64,000 nucleotides of DNA from Octopus sinensis (lineage: Eukaryota): assembly GCF_006345805.1 (NCBI RefSeq), contig NW_021832529.1, positions 49,449 through 113,448 of the forward strand, written 5' to 3'. The notes beneath the pieces were generated by a model, which did no database searches, had not been told where the DNA came from, and saw only the letters and a program-made list of their open reading frames with translations. The stretch's first letter is position 1; each line of letters opens with the position of its first letter. The position numbers and the translations under genes are program-made. Shown here in pieces: positions 63,549 to 64,000 of the stretch.

Positions 63549-64000
63549 ACCCTCGGAAGGACAATAGGCAAAGTTCATCTCAGAGGGATTTAATTGCAAA
63601 ACGTTAAACGGCTTTAACTAAATGCAGCAAAGCATTTTGTCCAACACTAAAGATTCTCCCATTCATCATCCTCTAATAATTGCTTCCAATATAGGCACAA
63701 GGCCAGACATTTAGATTGAGGAAACAGTTAATTATATTGCCTCCATATTACTTACCAAAAACTTTATTTTCCTTAACCACACCAAAGAATGGAAGGTAAA
63801 GTTGACACCAGGGGATTTAAACTTAGAATCTAAAAGGTTGTATTGAAACACCACAAGGTATTTTATTTGCTATGAATCCACATCCCTCTAGTATTAAAAG
63901 TCAGTCAGAGTTCATATTTAGAATGGAGAGATAGGAAGTTGTGACATTTAGATATATTAGCAAAGTAGGTTAAGTACTTTCTGCATAAAACTGAAACTAA

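Overview
Repeat-dense metazoan genomic DNA, most likely a cephalopod (Octopus-like; inferred from the SINE and RTE-LINE families, not proven). 1-2.8 kb: two nested Ty3/Gypsy relics of one family. 2.8-16.4 kb: tandem array of ~1.94-kb Helitron-derived composite units that carry a captured LTR fragment, with variant units holding piggyBac and PIF1-helicase fragments. 16.4-46 kb: graveyard of CR1-type, RTE, L1/Tx1-like, Tc1/mariner and piggyBac relics, two solo LTRs with TSDs, SINEs, several near-perfect foldback palindromes in (TA)n tracts, and an unexplained CpG-rich island at 43.5-44.3 kb. The only host gene found is a spliced RNase H1 homologue on the + strand (7 coding exons, 46436-58072; first coding exon not found). 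It is not visible in the ORF track. The frame is open and all splice sites are GT-AG. The hybrid-binding domain and substrate-contacting residues are retained, but three of the four catalytic carboxylates (D->A, E->V, D->S) and the conserved His are replaced. This is the standout candidate: a natural catalytically dead RNase H1 that may act as an RNA:DNA-hybrid/R-loop binder.
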